Shown here in pieces: positions 39,439 through 49,888 of a DNA stretch of 64,000 nt; within the stretch, counting starts at the first letter, position 1, and each line of letters starts with the position of its first letter. Source of the DNA: a bacterium. Lineage in GTDB: Bacteria; Margulisbacteria; Marinamargulisbacteria; JABIPA01. The notes beneath the pieces were generated by a model. That model made no database searches. It was not told where the DNA came from and saw only the letters and a list, made by a program, of their open reading frames with translations. Location: the NCBI GenBank assembly GCA_018698675.1, contig JABIPA010000023.1:37409-101408 (forward strand). The letters run 5' to 3'. The position numbers and the translations under genes were made by a program.

Positions 39439-41578
39439 TAATTAATTCCAAGTACTTTCCATTTAATTGAACGAGATGATCGTGGTTCCCCGACTCTACA
39501 ACCTTTCCATTTTCTAAATACAGAATAACGTGACTATCTCTAATGGTACTGAGTCTATGTGAAACGATTATTACAGTACAACCTCTTCTTCGAAGGTTGG
39601 ATAGAATTTTCTCTTCTATATTTGAATCGAGACCGGTCGTGGCCTCGTCAAATATAAGGATATTTGGCTCGAGAGCGAGTGCTCTAGCAATTTCTAGGCG
39701 TTGTCTCTCTCCACCACTGAAATTACTGCCGTTTTCAGATATAATCGAATCATATCCTCCTGAACGTGAGGTAATTACGGAATGAATGCATGCGTCTTTG
39801 GCCGCTTCGATAATTTTTGCGTCAACAATTGTTGAGTCCCAGAAAGCAATATTATTTTTGACGCTTCCTTCAAAGAGAAAGGAGTGATCTCCTACGTAAG
39901 CTATAGAAGAAGCCAACAACGAATTTGAATATGTCGAGATTGATTTTCCGTCTAAAAGGATTTGCCCGGTGATAGGTTTTAAGAGTCCAACAATAATATT
40001 AGAAACCGTTGTTTTTCCGCTTCCTGATTGGCCTACAAGTGCGATTTGCTGGCCAGGTTCAACGTAAAGACAAAAATCATTTAAGACTGGTTCGTCAGAC
40101 GAGCTATATCCAAAGTAAATATGCCGTAATTCCAATTTTCCTTCAACTCGTTGAGTATTTTCTGGATCCTGTTTGACAGAAGATTCATCAGAGTGACCAT
40201 TTTGATAAATATCTTGTAGTCTTTGAAGACTAGCTTCTAATTTCTTTGTTGTGTTTCCCAGACCAACAAATCGTTTTATAGGTACGTGAAAGTTATAGGA
40301 AATGTACATGAATGCGACAAGCAAACCTGGCGATAAGTCTCCATTCATTACATGTATTCCCCCACAAACCAAAATGATACTTTGACCAACATATATCAAA
40401 AAGTCAGGGATTAGTAGAAAGAGATGGTTAGATGACTCGAGGCGGTTACGAGTATTATGAGACTTAACAAAAAATCCGGACCATCTCGAAAAAGAATCAG
40501 TTTCTCCTCCGGCCGCTTTAATTGTATCAATTGATTGAATAATGGATGTCGATACACCATATAAATTATCATCTTCTTTAGCTAATAATTGGGAGGATGA
40601 CTCCATTTTCTTTGTGAAGACGTAAAAAAAGGCATAATTTATAAGTCCAATAAATAGTGAAATGAACGCAAGTGATACGTCATAAACTATCATAGTTAAA
40701 AATAATAAAACTAGGGTTAATGAATCAGAAATAAATCGAGTGAAATCTTCAGAAATATATTTAGAAATCTCGCTAAATGACTGTATGCGAAGGGAAAGCT
40801 CTCCTTTCGAACGTTGGTCAAAAAAAGTGGACGGTAGATGAATTATTTTCCAAAATAGTCGACTAGAATGAGTTACAGAAAGAATGGTTTGTAATTTAAG
40901 AACTTGTTGTTGCTGCAGATAAGTTAATAGGGCCTGAAGACAAGATGTTATGACTATGGCAGCTACTAAATGGCTAATCCATGACGTTTCTTTTTCAACT
41001 AAAATAACGTCGATAAATATTGATAAAAAATTAGGGATAAGTATAGCCGTTATTGCGAGCAATATAGATGTGATGAAGATATACGTTAAAAAACTAGTAT
41101 TAGTTTTTAGAATGGAAAATAATTCTGAAAACATGGATCTTTTTTTTCCTGATTTTGAAAATGTATCTGACTTTGTAAAACTAAGTGTAATATTAGAATA
41201 TGATTCTAAAAACTCCGAATAGGAAATACGTCTTCTACCGCTCGCTGGGTCATTGAGATAGGCATAGGTCGGCGTCAGTTTTTCGAGTACTAAAAAGTGA
41301 TTGAAATTCCAGAATACGATTACAGGTAACGTTTGTTCTAATAAATCTTCTGGGGATAACTTGAAGCCAGTGGCATTAAGTCCAAAATGGTTCGCTGTTT
41401 TAATTATACTGCTAGCTCGGCTTCCGTCTCTAGAAACGCCGCAAAGGAACCTTATTTCCTCCAATGGGATAAATTTACCGTAGTAGCCAAGAATGATGCT
41501 TAAGGCAGCCGCTCCGCATTCTGCGGCCTCCATTTGTAATACAATCGGAGTTTTTTGTTTTGATTTAAAATCAAACAT
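39428..41578 (-). CDS. NHLP bacteriocin export ABC transporter, peptidase C39/permease/ATPase subunit
   Basis: TPIVLQMEAAECGAAAL (Cys), CGVSRDGS, FWNFNHFLV (His), LNDPA (Asp), GQSGSGKT, FSGGERQRLEIARAL. Confidence 0.92.
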   Translation of the reverse strand: MFDFKSKQKTPIVLQMEAAECGAAALSIILGYYGKFIPLEEIRFLCGVSRDGSRASSIIKTANHFGLNATGFKLSPEDLLEQTLPVIVFWNFNHFLVLEKLTPTYAYLNDPASGRRRISYSEFLESYSNITLSFTKSDTFSKSGKKRSMFSELFSILKTNTSFLTYIFITSILLAITAILIPNFLSIFIDVILVEKETSWISHLVAAIVITSCLQALLTYLQQQQVLKLQTILSVTHSSRLFWKIIHLPSTFFDQRSKGELSLRIQSFSEISKYISEDFTRFISDSLTLVLLFLTMIVYDVSLAFISLFIGLINYAFFYVFTKKMESSSQLLAKEDDNLYGVSTSIIQSIDTIKAAGGETDSFSRWSGFFVKSHNTRNRLESSNHLFLLIPDFLIYVGQSIILVCGGIHVMNGDLSPGLLVAFMYISYNFHVPIKRFVGLGNTTKKLEASLQRLQDIYQNGHSDESSVKQDPENTQRVEGKLELRHIYFGYSSSDEPVLNDFCLYVEPGQQIALVGQSGSGKTTVSNIIVGLLKPITGQILLDGKSISTYSNSLLASSIAYVGDHSFLFEGSVKNNIAFWDSTIVDAKIIEAAKDACIHSVITSRSGGYDSIISENGSNFSGGERQRLEIARALALEPNILIFDEATTGLDSNIEEKILSNLRRRGCTVIIVSHRLSTIRDSHVILYLENGKVVESGNHDHLVQLNGKYLELINDK

Positions 41579-42537
41579 TAGTTAGACGATATTTGTTTTC
41601 TAAAGTAGGGGACGAGTTTAGAAACAGGATGATAGATGTCTTTTATGATAATCGCTTCGCACATTGTACCTGGGTAAATGGGCAGACCATTACTTTTTTT
41701 TGTCGTCCATTTATAGTTATTGTTAACGCCGGAACCTTTATCAAATCGAATACGTACTTCAATTGGAACAAAATTTTCAATTATTTTGTCTACGAAAGCT
41801 GTGTTTTTAATTACTCTCATTATGCCTTTTTTACTAGAGGGGTACATTGACACGTAAGATACTTTTCCTAAAATTGCCCCATCTTTTTCCTTGATGTACG
41901 TCGATGGAGATATATAGACAGTCATTCCTTTTTTAATACTGCTTCCTGATGTAGGTGAAAGATAAACTGTTGCTTCAAGAGGTTCCTTTGAGGACAAATC
42001 CATACGCACAATAGCTTCTCCCTTTTTAATAAATTCACCCTTGTCTTTAAGTATTTCTATAACATTTCCGTTATATGGACTTACGATTTGTGTAATGTTT
42101 TTATGTTGTTCGTTTAGAAGGGCTAAATCAAATAAGGTCTGCTTTAACAGTTTCTTTTGTTTTGATGAGGGTCTACGTATTGATTTTAGGGATGCGACAC
42201 TATTTTTTAATTTTTGAATTCGAAATTCAAGATCTTTATCCCAAAGTGTTGCAATAACTTGTCCTTGTTTTATTCTGTCTCCTGTTTTGAGGTCAAGAGA
42301 ACGAATAGGATGGCTATGATAAGAAACTATGTCAAAGATTCCTCCCGGTTTCATAATAATGCCACTTCCAGATACAGTTGACATTACCTGTCCAAAAAAA
42401 CCAAATAGAATGATACATAGTGTAGTGAAGAAAAGAGAAAAAAGAATAATCCATTTTGTACTCGAAATTGGCTTAACGAGTTCATCAAGTTTATCAGGAG
42501 AGGAATATGCTTCTATTGAGTTTTCTGATTCAATCAT
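41578..42537 (-). CDS. NHLP bacteriocin system secretion protein (HlyD-like membrane fusion protein)
   Basis: SSPDKLDELV N-terminus, single TM, IVSPYNG, ISPST...G.ILGKV, YKWT motifs. Confidence 0.88.
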   Translation of the reverse strand: MIESENSIEAYSSPDKLDELVKPISSTKWIILFSLFFTTLCIILFGFFGQVMSTVSGSGIIMKPGGIFDIVSYHSHPIRSLDLKTGDRIKQGQVIATLWDKDLEFRIQKLKNSVASLKSIRRPSSKQKKLLKQTLFDLALLNEQHKNITQIVSPYNGNVIEILKDKGEFIKKGEAIVRMDLSSKEPLEATVYLSPTSGSSIKKGMTVYISPSTYIKEKDGAILGKVSYVSMYPSSKKGIMRVIKNTAFVDKIIENFVPIEVRIRFDKGSGVNNNYKWTTKKSNGLPIYPGTMCEAIIIKDIYHPVSKLVPYFRKQISSN

Positions 42538-42634
42538 TTTAGTTTGGGTTAGTGAACTTAGTGTAACATAACTAATTTACTATAAAAACGTTTTTACTTT
42601 TTAAACAAAAGTGATAAAATACTTTCTCTGTTGA

Positions 42635-42710
42635 GCGGGAGTAGCTCAGTTGGTAGAGCACTAGCCTTCCAAGCTTGTTGTCGCCGGTTCGAGACCGGTC
42701 TCCCGCTCCA
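42635..42710 (+). tRNA. tRNA-Gly (anticodon TCC)
   Basis: GCGGGAG/CTCCCGC acceptor stem, AGCTCAGTTGGTAGAGC D-arm, anticodon loop CT-TCC-AA, GGTTCGAG T-loop, encoded CCA; 76 nt. Confidence 0.97.
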
Positions 42711-42854
42711 AATAACAGTCGTATCAATATCTTCTTCAATTTTTAGATTCTTTTTCAATTTTATTTTCCAATTAGTCAAAGAGAAAGCTTTCAAGCTTAC
42801 GTTTTATTTATGTATTTAATTTATTTCTGTATAAACTCATTGTATACTTAAACA

Positions 42855-43862
42855 ATGCTTCCTTTTAAACAAATTGACATGGAACTCTTGGTTCTGGATA
42901 GACCTGACGGAGACTTTAAAAATAGATTGCAGTCCATTTCTAAAAATATTGGCCTTCAGTTCGAATCCACTAAAGACATTGATGAATTTCAGGATAAAGT
43001 TGAGAAATACAAAGAGAAGATTGGAATTATTGCGTTAAATTTAGATCTTGTTGAAGAGAGAGGTCTTGAGATATTAGAATGGGTTAAGTTAAAGAAATAT
43101 AGCATCGAAGTTTTTACTTATTCGAAATTGTATCATGAGGAACTAGTCACTCTTTTGGTTTCTTATGGCAGTTTTTCTCATTTTTACGGACCTCTTTATG
43201 ATAATGATATTTGGTGTAGCCTTCTAAAGGCGAGTACTCATGTATCACTTCGAAAGAACGTGCTATATCAGGCTACCAACATTCTTGGAATGCCATATGA
43301 AGCCGTAGAACTTGTAAATTCAATATACAGTGTGATTTCTAAAAAAAGGTCTGAAGGTTCGTATATAAATGAGTTTGATTTAGTTTCAATGTTTCCAAAA
43401 CGTATTGCGTTGCCAATTTCAAAAAAACATAGAGACTTTACATTGGATAAAAAGGAATTACCTTCGATTTTTATGATAGTTGAAGATAATACTATGAGAA
43501 ATAGATTATATTCTTTATTAAAAGATATAGTTAGGCTTGAGGTAGCAACTTCAGGAAAAGAAGCTCTTGAACGTTCAAGAATAATTAGACCCAAAATGGT
43601 CCTTGTGGACGTCAGACTATCGGATGTTTCCGGATACGACGTGATTCGAGAAATAAGGGAACGGCATCACATTCCCTTTACTCTAATAACAAATAAAGCA
43701 GTTACAAACATTGATAAAAGCTTATTAAAGCAAGATTGGGTCGATTTTATTAATCATCCGTTTAAACCACCCTTCGTATTGAGTAGTTTGTCCAGGTTAC
43801 TGCAGTTAAAAGCGACGATTAAATTGTTCAATTGGGTGAAAGAGGAAATTAATCCAACTTAG
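42855..43862 (+). CDS. Response-regulator-like protein with two receiver-type domains, atypical
   Basis: C-terminal REC: IFMIVEDN, ATSGKEAL, MVLVDVRL, FINHPF. N-terminal region REC-like but degenerate. Confidence 0.7.
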   Translation: MLPFKQIDMELLVLDRPDGDFKNRLQSISKNIGLQFESTKDIDEFQDKVEKYKEKIGIIALNLDLVEERGLEILEWVKLKKYSIEVFTYSKLYHEELVTLLVSYGSFSHFYGPLYDNDIWCSLLKASTHVSLRKNVLYQATNILGMPYEAVELVNSIYSVISKKRSEGSYINEFDLVSMFPKRIALPISKKHRDFTLDKKELPSIFMIVEDNTMRNRLYSLLKDIVRLEVATSGKEALERSRIIRPKMVLVDVRLSDVSGYDVIREIRERHHIPFTLITNKAVTNIDKSLLKQDWVDFINHPFKPPFVLSSLSRLLQLKATIKLFNWVKEEINPT

Positions 43863-43870
43863 TATTCGAA

Positions 43871-44701
43871 TTAAAGACGGATGCGATACTTTTTTCCCTT
43901 AAATTTAAAATTTAGTCCGACTGCACTTAATCCTATTCCTTCTTTTATCTCTCTTTTTGCTCCATATTGAGTATCTCCGACAAGAGGTGTCAGGTACAGC
44001 GAGGCGTGAGCCCGTATTTGATGACGTCGCCCTGTAAATGTAAAGACGTTATAGGTTATGTACTCTTCCGTTTGCTTAGTTAATCGGAAATAAGATTTCG
44101 ATACCTTCCCGTCTGAATCGCACCCTGTTTTTTTCACGAATGCTAATTTGTCGATGACTCGAAAATGTGTAATTTTTGGGGCATCGTCATTTGGTCTCAT
44201 TTTAGCTTCATAGCACTTAAATATTTTTCGATCCGCCATAAGTTTAAATAGTCCAATTTCAGTTTTTTTGTTCTTTGGATATAAAACAAGGCCTGAGACA
44301 GTGTAGTCTAATCTTGTCGTAGGAGTAGGCGAGTAAATTATGTTTTTACTATGTAAGTAGTTTTTTACTGCATAGCTAAGATTACAAGTTAGACTGGGTA
44401 AATCTGAGATCGATGGTATTCCTTTTTCCTTGTTAACTACCAAAAAATCAGAACATTCAAAAACAACGTCCGACTCAGTAATCTTACATATTTTTGTCTG
44501 ATTTTCACTTACGTATACTCTCAACGTCTTTCCTTTGGGAATAGTAAGTGTCGGATCAAGTACGCGAACGTTATCCAGCCAAATTCCTCCGCAATTTAGA
44601 ATCCCAAGCCAATCATACCGTTTGGGAAGATGTTTTTTTAAAAGTTCGGAAGCACGACATGAAAATTTTGCGGTTAAGTAGTAAGAGTGGAGTTTTTTCA
44701 T
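43871..44701 (-). CDS. RluA-family pseudouridine synthase
   Basis: LVVNKEKG, TRLDYTVSG (catalytic Asp), TGRRHQIRAH, PLVGDTQYG. Confidence 0.9.
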   Translation of the reverse strand: MKKLHSYYLTAKFSCRASELLKKHLPKRYDWLGILNCGGIWLDNVRVLDPTLTIPKGKTLRVYVSENQTKICKITESDVVFECSDFLVVNKEKGIPSISDLPSLTCNLSYAVKNYLHSKNIIYSPTPTTRLDYTVSGLVLYPKNKKTEIGLFKLMADRKIFKCYEAKMRPNDDAPKITHFRVIDKLAFVKKTGCDSDGKVSKSYFRLTKQTEEYITYNVFTFTGRRHQIRAHASLYLTPLVGDTQYGAKREIKEGIGLSAVGLNFKFKGKKYRIRL

Positions 44702-44727
44702 TAAAATTTGTGTAACAACCTAGCCAT

Positions 44728-45516
44728 TTATTTACTATTTAGGTCCCAGTTGTAAGGTAGATAGGTAATACCGTAAGTATCTGTTGGAAGTTTAATGTAT
44801 TCAGAAATGAAATTCTTGATTCCTTCTTTTCCTCCAAAATCTTTCTCAAACCAATGAAATATTTTGCTGATTTCAACTTGGTTACGCGATACGTTGTATA
44901 TAAGACCTTTTGTCGGATTTTTCAAAAATTGTGTAGTTTGGTCATCTAGTTGACTAAATAAAAGGTTAGCAGTGTATGCTTCAGATCGTAAATTTGGACA
45001 AGATAATGATGCACAAACAATAGCAAAATGAATACCTGGTTCACCCATTTTTCTGAGGATATCATGTTCAATTTTATTTAATGAGTATGATACATTATTT
45101 ATAGTAATTGCAGGTTTATCCCAAACTGAATCAAACGCCCATCCGAGGTCTTTGATACTATTTTTTGGTTCGTGCTTGGTTATTAAGTTAACGGCAGCAA
45201 TGTTGTATACGTTTACCCAAAATGAAATTTTTTGAAGATCTGTTTCTAATTTACTGGTATCGAACGATTCGGTTTCTGAGATTAGATTTCGGAACGCTAC
45301 ATCATCTCTTAAAAATTCATAATTGATTAGGGTAGTGTGGATGTTTTTTTTAGTACTTTGGGATACATATTGTTTTAAAATTTCGTCCCATGTTTTTTCA
45401 AATTTAAAGTCGAATGAAAAAAGTGACGTATGAAAAGAAAACATGAGTAGAAGGCCATATAATATCGTTTTTTTAAATTTTAAAAAATTTGGTTTCATAA
45501 TAGCTCTTTCATACAA
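44728..45516 (-). CDS. DUF547 domain protein, secreted
   Basis: SFWVNVYN, YSLNKIEH, IHFAIVCASLSCP, SKIFHWF..DF, YNWDLN. Confidence 0.92.
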   Translation of the reverse strand: MYERAIMKPNFLKFKKTILYGLLLMFSFHTSLFSFDFKFEKTWDEILKQYVSQSTKKNIHTTLINYEFLRDDVAFRNLISETESFDTSKLETDLQKISFWVNVYNIAAVNLITKHEPKNSIKDLGWAFDSVWDKPAITINNVSYSLNKIEHDILRKMGEPGIHFAIVCASLSCPNLRSEAYTANLLFSQLDDQTTQFLKNPTKGLIYNVSRNQVEISKIFHWFEKDFGGKEGIKNFISEYIKLPTDTYGITYLPYNWDLNSK

Positions 45517-45528
45517 GTGGGTTGAATG

Positions 45529-45585
45529 GTTACAGTTGTATCAAGAAATTAATTAACATAATTGCTTGATACAACAGATTGTAAC
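45529..45585 (-). terminator. Long hairpin directly after the typA stop
   Basis: GTTGTATCAAG (45535-45545) / CTTGATACAAC (45565-45575) plus outer GTTACA/TGTAAC. Confidence 0.55.
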
Positions 45586-45592
45586 TAAATAA

Positions 45593-47392
45593 CTATTTTT
45601 TTCTTAAAGATTCAATAAGCTCTTTTTTTCTTAATCGAATCGATTTTGGAGTAACTTCCACAAGTTCAGAATCATCAATAAATGCGATAACTTGTTCAAG
45701 TGATAATTTTAAGGCTGGAACTAAACATACTGTATCATCAGAACCTGAGGCTCTCATATTTGTAAGTTTTTTTCCTTTACCTGGGTTTACCGTTAAATCA
45801 TCTTCTTTTGCATTTTTCCCGATTATTTGACCGCCGTATACTTGTTCGGCCGCTTCGATAATTAATTGACCTCTATCTTGAAGTTTGTCTAATGCGAAAG
45901 CCAATGCTTTACAATTTTCTTTAGCAATTAAAACGCCGTGTTTTCTAGTTTTAATTTCTCCTGAGAAAGCTCTGTATTCAAGAAAGATATATCCCATGAT
46001 ACCTCTTCCTTTTGTCGCCATTAAAAATTCACCTTGATATCCAAGTAAACCACGGGTCGGGATTTGATAAATTAGGCGTAATTTGCCAGTGTTTTCACCA
46101 ATTGGATCCATTGAAATCATTTGTCCTTTACGAGATGCAAGTTGTTCCATTACAACTCCCATAACGGATTCTTCGATATCGATCGTAAGTTCCTCAAAAG
46201 GTTCCATCACTTTTCCGTCTACCTTTTTGGTGATAACTGTCGGTCGAGACAGTTGAAACTCGTATCCTTCTCTTCTCATTTGTTCTACTAAGATAGAAAG
46301 GTGAAGTTCACCTCTACCTGATACCTTAAACCCAGCGTCTCCACCAAGGTTGTCTACAATAAGTGCAACGTCGCTTAATGCAGCTTTTTTCAATCGGTCC
46401 AAAATATTATTTGACGTTACAAATTCGCCTTCTTGACCGGCAAATGGGGAACTATTTACAAGAAATGTCATTGATATTGTTGGCGGGTCAATTGCTATCT
46501 CTGGTAGATATTGTGGATGGGCAGGGTCTGTTACAGTCATTCCAACTTTAAAGCCATCGACTCCTGCAATCGCAATAATATCTCCAACAGCTGCATTTTC
46601 AATAACGTCGTATTCGTTTGAAACAAATTGATAGATTTTAGTTACTCGAAATACTTGAGGTGTTTCGCCTTCACCACAAGAAAGAGCAACCTCTTGGTTA
46701 GTTGCTAAAGTCCCTTGTGTGATTTTTCCTATTGCTAATCGTCCAAGAAAACTTGAATAATCCAAATTTGATACTTGAAATTGAAATGGAAGGTCTTTGT
46801 CACCTTTTGGTTCTGGAACATAGTCTAAAATTTTATCAAAAAGTGGAACCATAGTTTCTGTTAAATCGTTTTCATCTTCGGTTGCAATTCCGTTTCTTGC
46901 TGAAGCATAAATTACTGGGAAGTCTAATATTTCGTCTGGCGCGTTTAATTCTGCCATGAGGTCAAATACTTGATCGATTACCCAACTCGTACGAGATGCT
47001 GGTTTATCGATTTTGTTAACAACAACAATAATAGGAAGGTTATGTTTTATTGCATTTTTTAGTACAAAGTAAGATTGAGGCATAGGTCCTTCTTGAGCGT
47101 CTACAAGAAAAAGAGCCGCGTCAGCCATATGGAGAATACGTTCAACTTCTCCTCCGAAGTCAGCATGGCCTGGTGTATCAATAATGTTAATTTTTGTATC
47201 TTTATAAATACAAGATCCAATTTTAGAGCGAATAGTAATTCCTCGTTCTTTTTCTAGGTCCATCGAATCCATAAGACGTTCGTCAACAACTTGGTTGTTT
47301 CTAAATAATCCACTTTGCTTAAATAATTGATCGACCAAGGTCGTTTTTCCGTGGTCAACGTGAGCAATAATCGCAATATTTCTTAATTTCAT
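45593..47392 (-). CDS. typA: Translational GTPase TypA/BipA
   Basis: RNIAIIAHVDHGKTT, DTPGHADFGGEVER, GRGELHL, RREGYE, EVTPKSIRLRK. Confidence 0.98.
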   Translation of the reverse strand: MKLRNIAIIAHVDHGKTTLVDQLFKQSGLFRNNQVVDERLMDSMDLEKERGITIRSKIGSCIYKDTKINIIDTPGHADFGGEVERILHMADAALFLVDAQEGPMPQSYFVLKNAIKHNLPIIVVVNKIDKPASRTSWVIDQVFDLMAELNAPDEILDFPVIYASARNGIATEDENDLTETMVPLFDKILDYVPEPKGDKDLPFQFQVSNLDYSSFLGRLAIGKITQGTLATNQEVALSCGEGETPQVFRVTKIYQFVSNEYDVIENAAVGDIIAIAGVDGFKVGMTVTDPAHPQYLPEIAIDPPTISMTFLVNSSPFAGQEGEFVTSNNILDRLKKAALSDVALIVDNLGGDAGFKVSGRGELHLSILVEQMRREGYEFQLSRPTVITKKVDGKVMEPFEELTIDIEESVMGVVMEQLASRKGQMISMDPIGENTGKLRLIYQIPTRGLLGYQGEFLMATKGRGIMGYIFLEYRAFSGEIKTRKHGVLIAKENCKALAFALDKLQDRGQLIIEAAEQVYGGQIIGKNAKEDDLTVNPGKGKKLTNMRASGSDDTVCLVPALKLSLEQVIAFIDDSELVEVTPKSIRLRKKELIESLRKK

Positions 47393-47578
47393 AAAATTCT
47401 CCGTACATTTTTTAGCATAATAATAATCGTCCCCGAACTCTACTTCATACCGTTCAATTGGTCAATCCATTTGTGATGGAGATCCTTAATTAATTCGAGA
47501 CGATATTCTATTTGATAATTATGAAAAATTTTAGTGTAATGGAGGAATACACATAACAGTTTTGAATAGGGAGAACGT

Positions 47579-49846
47579 ATGCCAAAAAAGCGTTTTAGAT
47601 TTTATAAAATTCTATCGATAGAGAATACTGGATTAGAAGCCGTTTCTTTTATCAATAGGGAACCAAGTTTTCTTGCCGTGAAAGCTACATCAGAAAATGA
47701 AAACGTTCCTATTGAACAACCTACAGCCTTCGTTGGGGAACCATTGGCGAGTCAAGAAACTTATTCAGGCACCACCGTAAAAGATTTAATTGAAAAGCAA
47801 GCCTTAGAATCATGTGATAAATGGTTGAGAGAGAACAATGTTTTAGGAAACACTACGTTATTTTCTCCTGCATATACTGATGGAAATCTTTTTGATGCAA
47901 TAGATAAAATCAGGCAAAGCAAGAAATATGTTTTTAAATTAGCAGTGTTTGGGATTGAAATTGAGGAATTGGAGATGGTTTGTCCTTTTGAGATTGAGCC
48001 AATTAGTACGATGTTTTCATCTGAAGAACATAAAACCTTTAGTTTTGAAAAAAAATGGAATGAAGATATGTATCGGTACGGCGAGATCAGAAAAAAAAGA
48101 GTGGATCCCTTTATTAATCTTTATAAAGCGGCTGTGTTGGAAAAGTTTAGACATCAAGGTGAAATAGATAAAGCCGATAGCGAGGCGTCTAGCGATATAG
48201 TTTTAAATTTCATTGGTGATTCGGGTGAAGAGCACTACGACGATAAGATGCTTAAGTTGCTAGATGACAATGTAAAGAGCTTAAAAAAGTCCATTTTGGA
48301 ATGTGTTTCAATTCCCAATAATTTGATGTTAACCCAACAAGAAAACTTGGCTAGTTTTTTGGCCTTTTTAACACTTCCGTCGGTAGAATCAGAGAGTTTG
48401 TTAAATATAGCGTTAAAGGCTAATGGAATTTTATTTGATAATGATACATTTTTTGAAAACGAAAGTGATGTTTTTGAAAATGATCCTATGTTTACTAAAC
48501 TAATAATAGCTTACTTTAAATTGGCTTTAACCGATAAATATAGTTCTGAGGTAACCAATCTTATAGACACATTGAACATACAAAAATTACTAAATAATTC
48601 TTTTGGATGGCAGGCACAAGGTATTTTTAAATCTATAGTAGACCTGATGAAAGACGTGAATCGAATCGATAGCCGAGTTGGAAGCCATTCGAAAAAAATT
48701 GAAGAGGCCTTTAAAGGATACTTAGATGGACAGTTTAAAGAAGTACATAGAGAAAGACAGGATGGCTACGATAAAGCTGTGACGGACGATAGCTTTTATA
48801 GGACCTCGCAGGGAAGGTTGTCTCCTACAAAAGGAAATAGTTTTAGATCTAATTCTACGTTAGGCGTAATGGCGATGGCCGATTCTGGAAGAAATACATC
48901 TGGTTTTTTAAAGATTCCTCCTGCTGGAAGTTATGACATGAATGGTTCTCAGGGTGCAATGTCCTCCGAATTTTCTGATGACGAAGAATGTGATGAAAAC
49001 TTTTTAGACCTAAAAGACTCAATTGTTTTGGATGATCCTAAAAGTGATGTTAAGACAACAACTGAACTTAGCGGCGTCAATGTGCGACAAGCTCGTAATA
49101 GGACGGTTAGATCATTGTCGGAAAGCGAGGCTGTTGAGATAGAAGGGCAAGAAGAAAAGTTAGTTAATGAAAAGGTAGGTAAAGCGCGAGGGGTAGAAGT
49201 CGTCATAACTATTGCTGAAGCTATTCTTGGAATAGATATGAGTTTTAACGGATTAAAAGTTCCCTATCTTTTTAAGGATTATCTAAACGATGAAATAGAC
49301 GTCGAGGTCAACGTTAAAGGTGAAACCGTAAAAGTTTCTGAAACAGATAATCGTGCGGATGAAGAGAGTTTGTCTGTTGAAATTCAAGCATGGATTAAAC
49401 TAAAAAAATCGTATTATATGTGTATTAAAATCATTAATGACATTGTTTCTAGAAGTAAAGAAGAAGAAGAGAATGAGAAAGAAAATAGTAATTTTGTATT
49501 TACATTAGAAAAGCCTAAGATATTTTCCAAAAACCCTATGGAAAATGCAGTTGCGAGTATTAAATGCGCAATTCAAATGGTACAAAATCTTTTTAAATCT
49601 ATTGAAAGACAGAAAAAAAATATTTTGAAAGATTTTGATACAAAAATAGAAAAGGCATTAACATCTGAAAATGACAAAAGTCTATCAAATTATAATGGAT
49701 TAAGTTCTAAAGAAATTGAGTTGGAAAAAGAAATGTTTTTAAAGGCAGATTCACTGTTGAAAAACTGGGTTACTGGATATCTATTGTCTGAATTAGTAAT
49801 CGTTAATGGTAGAAATCGGCAGCGTATAAAAAAAGACGATAATTAA
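47579..49846 (+). CDS. Hypothetical protein, paralog of 51521..53914
   Basis: 755-aa ORF with GGGAG RBS; colinear conserved blocks shared with 51521..53914. Confidence 0.8.
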   Translation: MPKKRFRFYKILSIENTGLEAVSFINREPSFLAVKATSENENVPIEQPTAFVGEPLASQETYSGTTVKDLIEKQALESCDKWLRENNVLGNTTLFSPAYTDGNLFDAIDKIRQSKKYVFKLAVFGIEIEELEMVCPFEIEPISTMFSSEEHKTFSFEKKWNEDMYRYGEIRKKRVDPFINLYKAAVLEKFRHQGEIDKADSEASSDIVLNFIGDSGEEHYDDKMLKLLDDNVKSLKKSILECVSIPNNLMLTQQENLASFLAFLTLPSVESESLLNIALKANGILFDNDTFFENESDVFENDPMFTKLIIAYFKLALTDKYSSEVTNLIDTLNIQKLLNNSFGWQAQGIFKSIVDLMKDVNRIDSRVGSHSKKIEEAFKGYLDGQFKEVHRERQDGYDKAVTDDSFYRTSQGRLSPTKGNSFRSNSTLGVMAMADSGRNTSGFLKIPPAGSYDMNGSQGAMSSEFSDDEECDENFLDLKDSIVLDDPKSDVKTTTELSGVNVRQARNRTVRSLSESEAVEIEGQEEKLVNEKVGKARGVEVVITIAEAILGIDMSFNGLKVPYLFKDYLNDEIDVEVNVKGETVKVSETDNRADEESLSVEIQAWIKLKKSYYMCIKIINDIVSRSKEEEENEKENSNFVFTLEKPKIFSKNPMENAVASIKCAIQMVQNLFKSIERQKKNILKDFDTKIEKALTSENDKSLSNYNGLSSKEIELEKEMFLKADSLLKNWVTGYLLSELVIVNGRNRQRIKKDDN

Positions 49847-49888
49847 AATGAATCTTTTACGACCTTTCCAACAGAATGCTTTTAAAAC

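Noticed and set aside
36541-42710. NHLP exporter as a genomic island integrated at tRNA-Gly
   Set aside because: It lies on the 5' side of the tRNA. No integrase and no duplicated tRNA 3' end were seen in the window.
42594-42819. ORFs 42594..42794 (-) and 42631..42819 (+)
   Set aside because: They are translations of the tRNA-Gly gene, not proteins.
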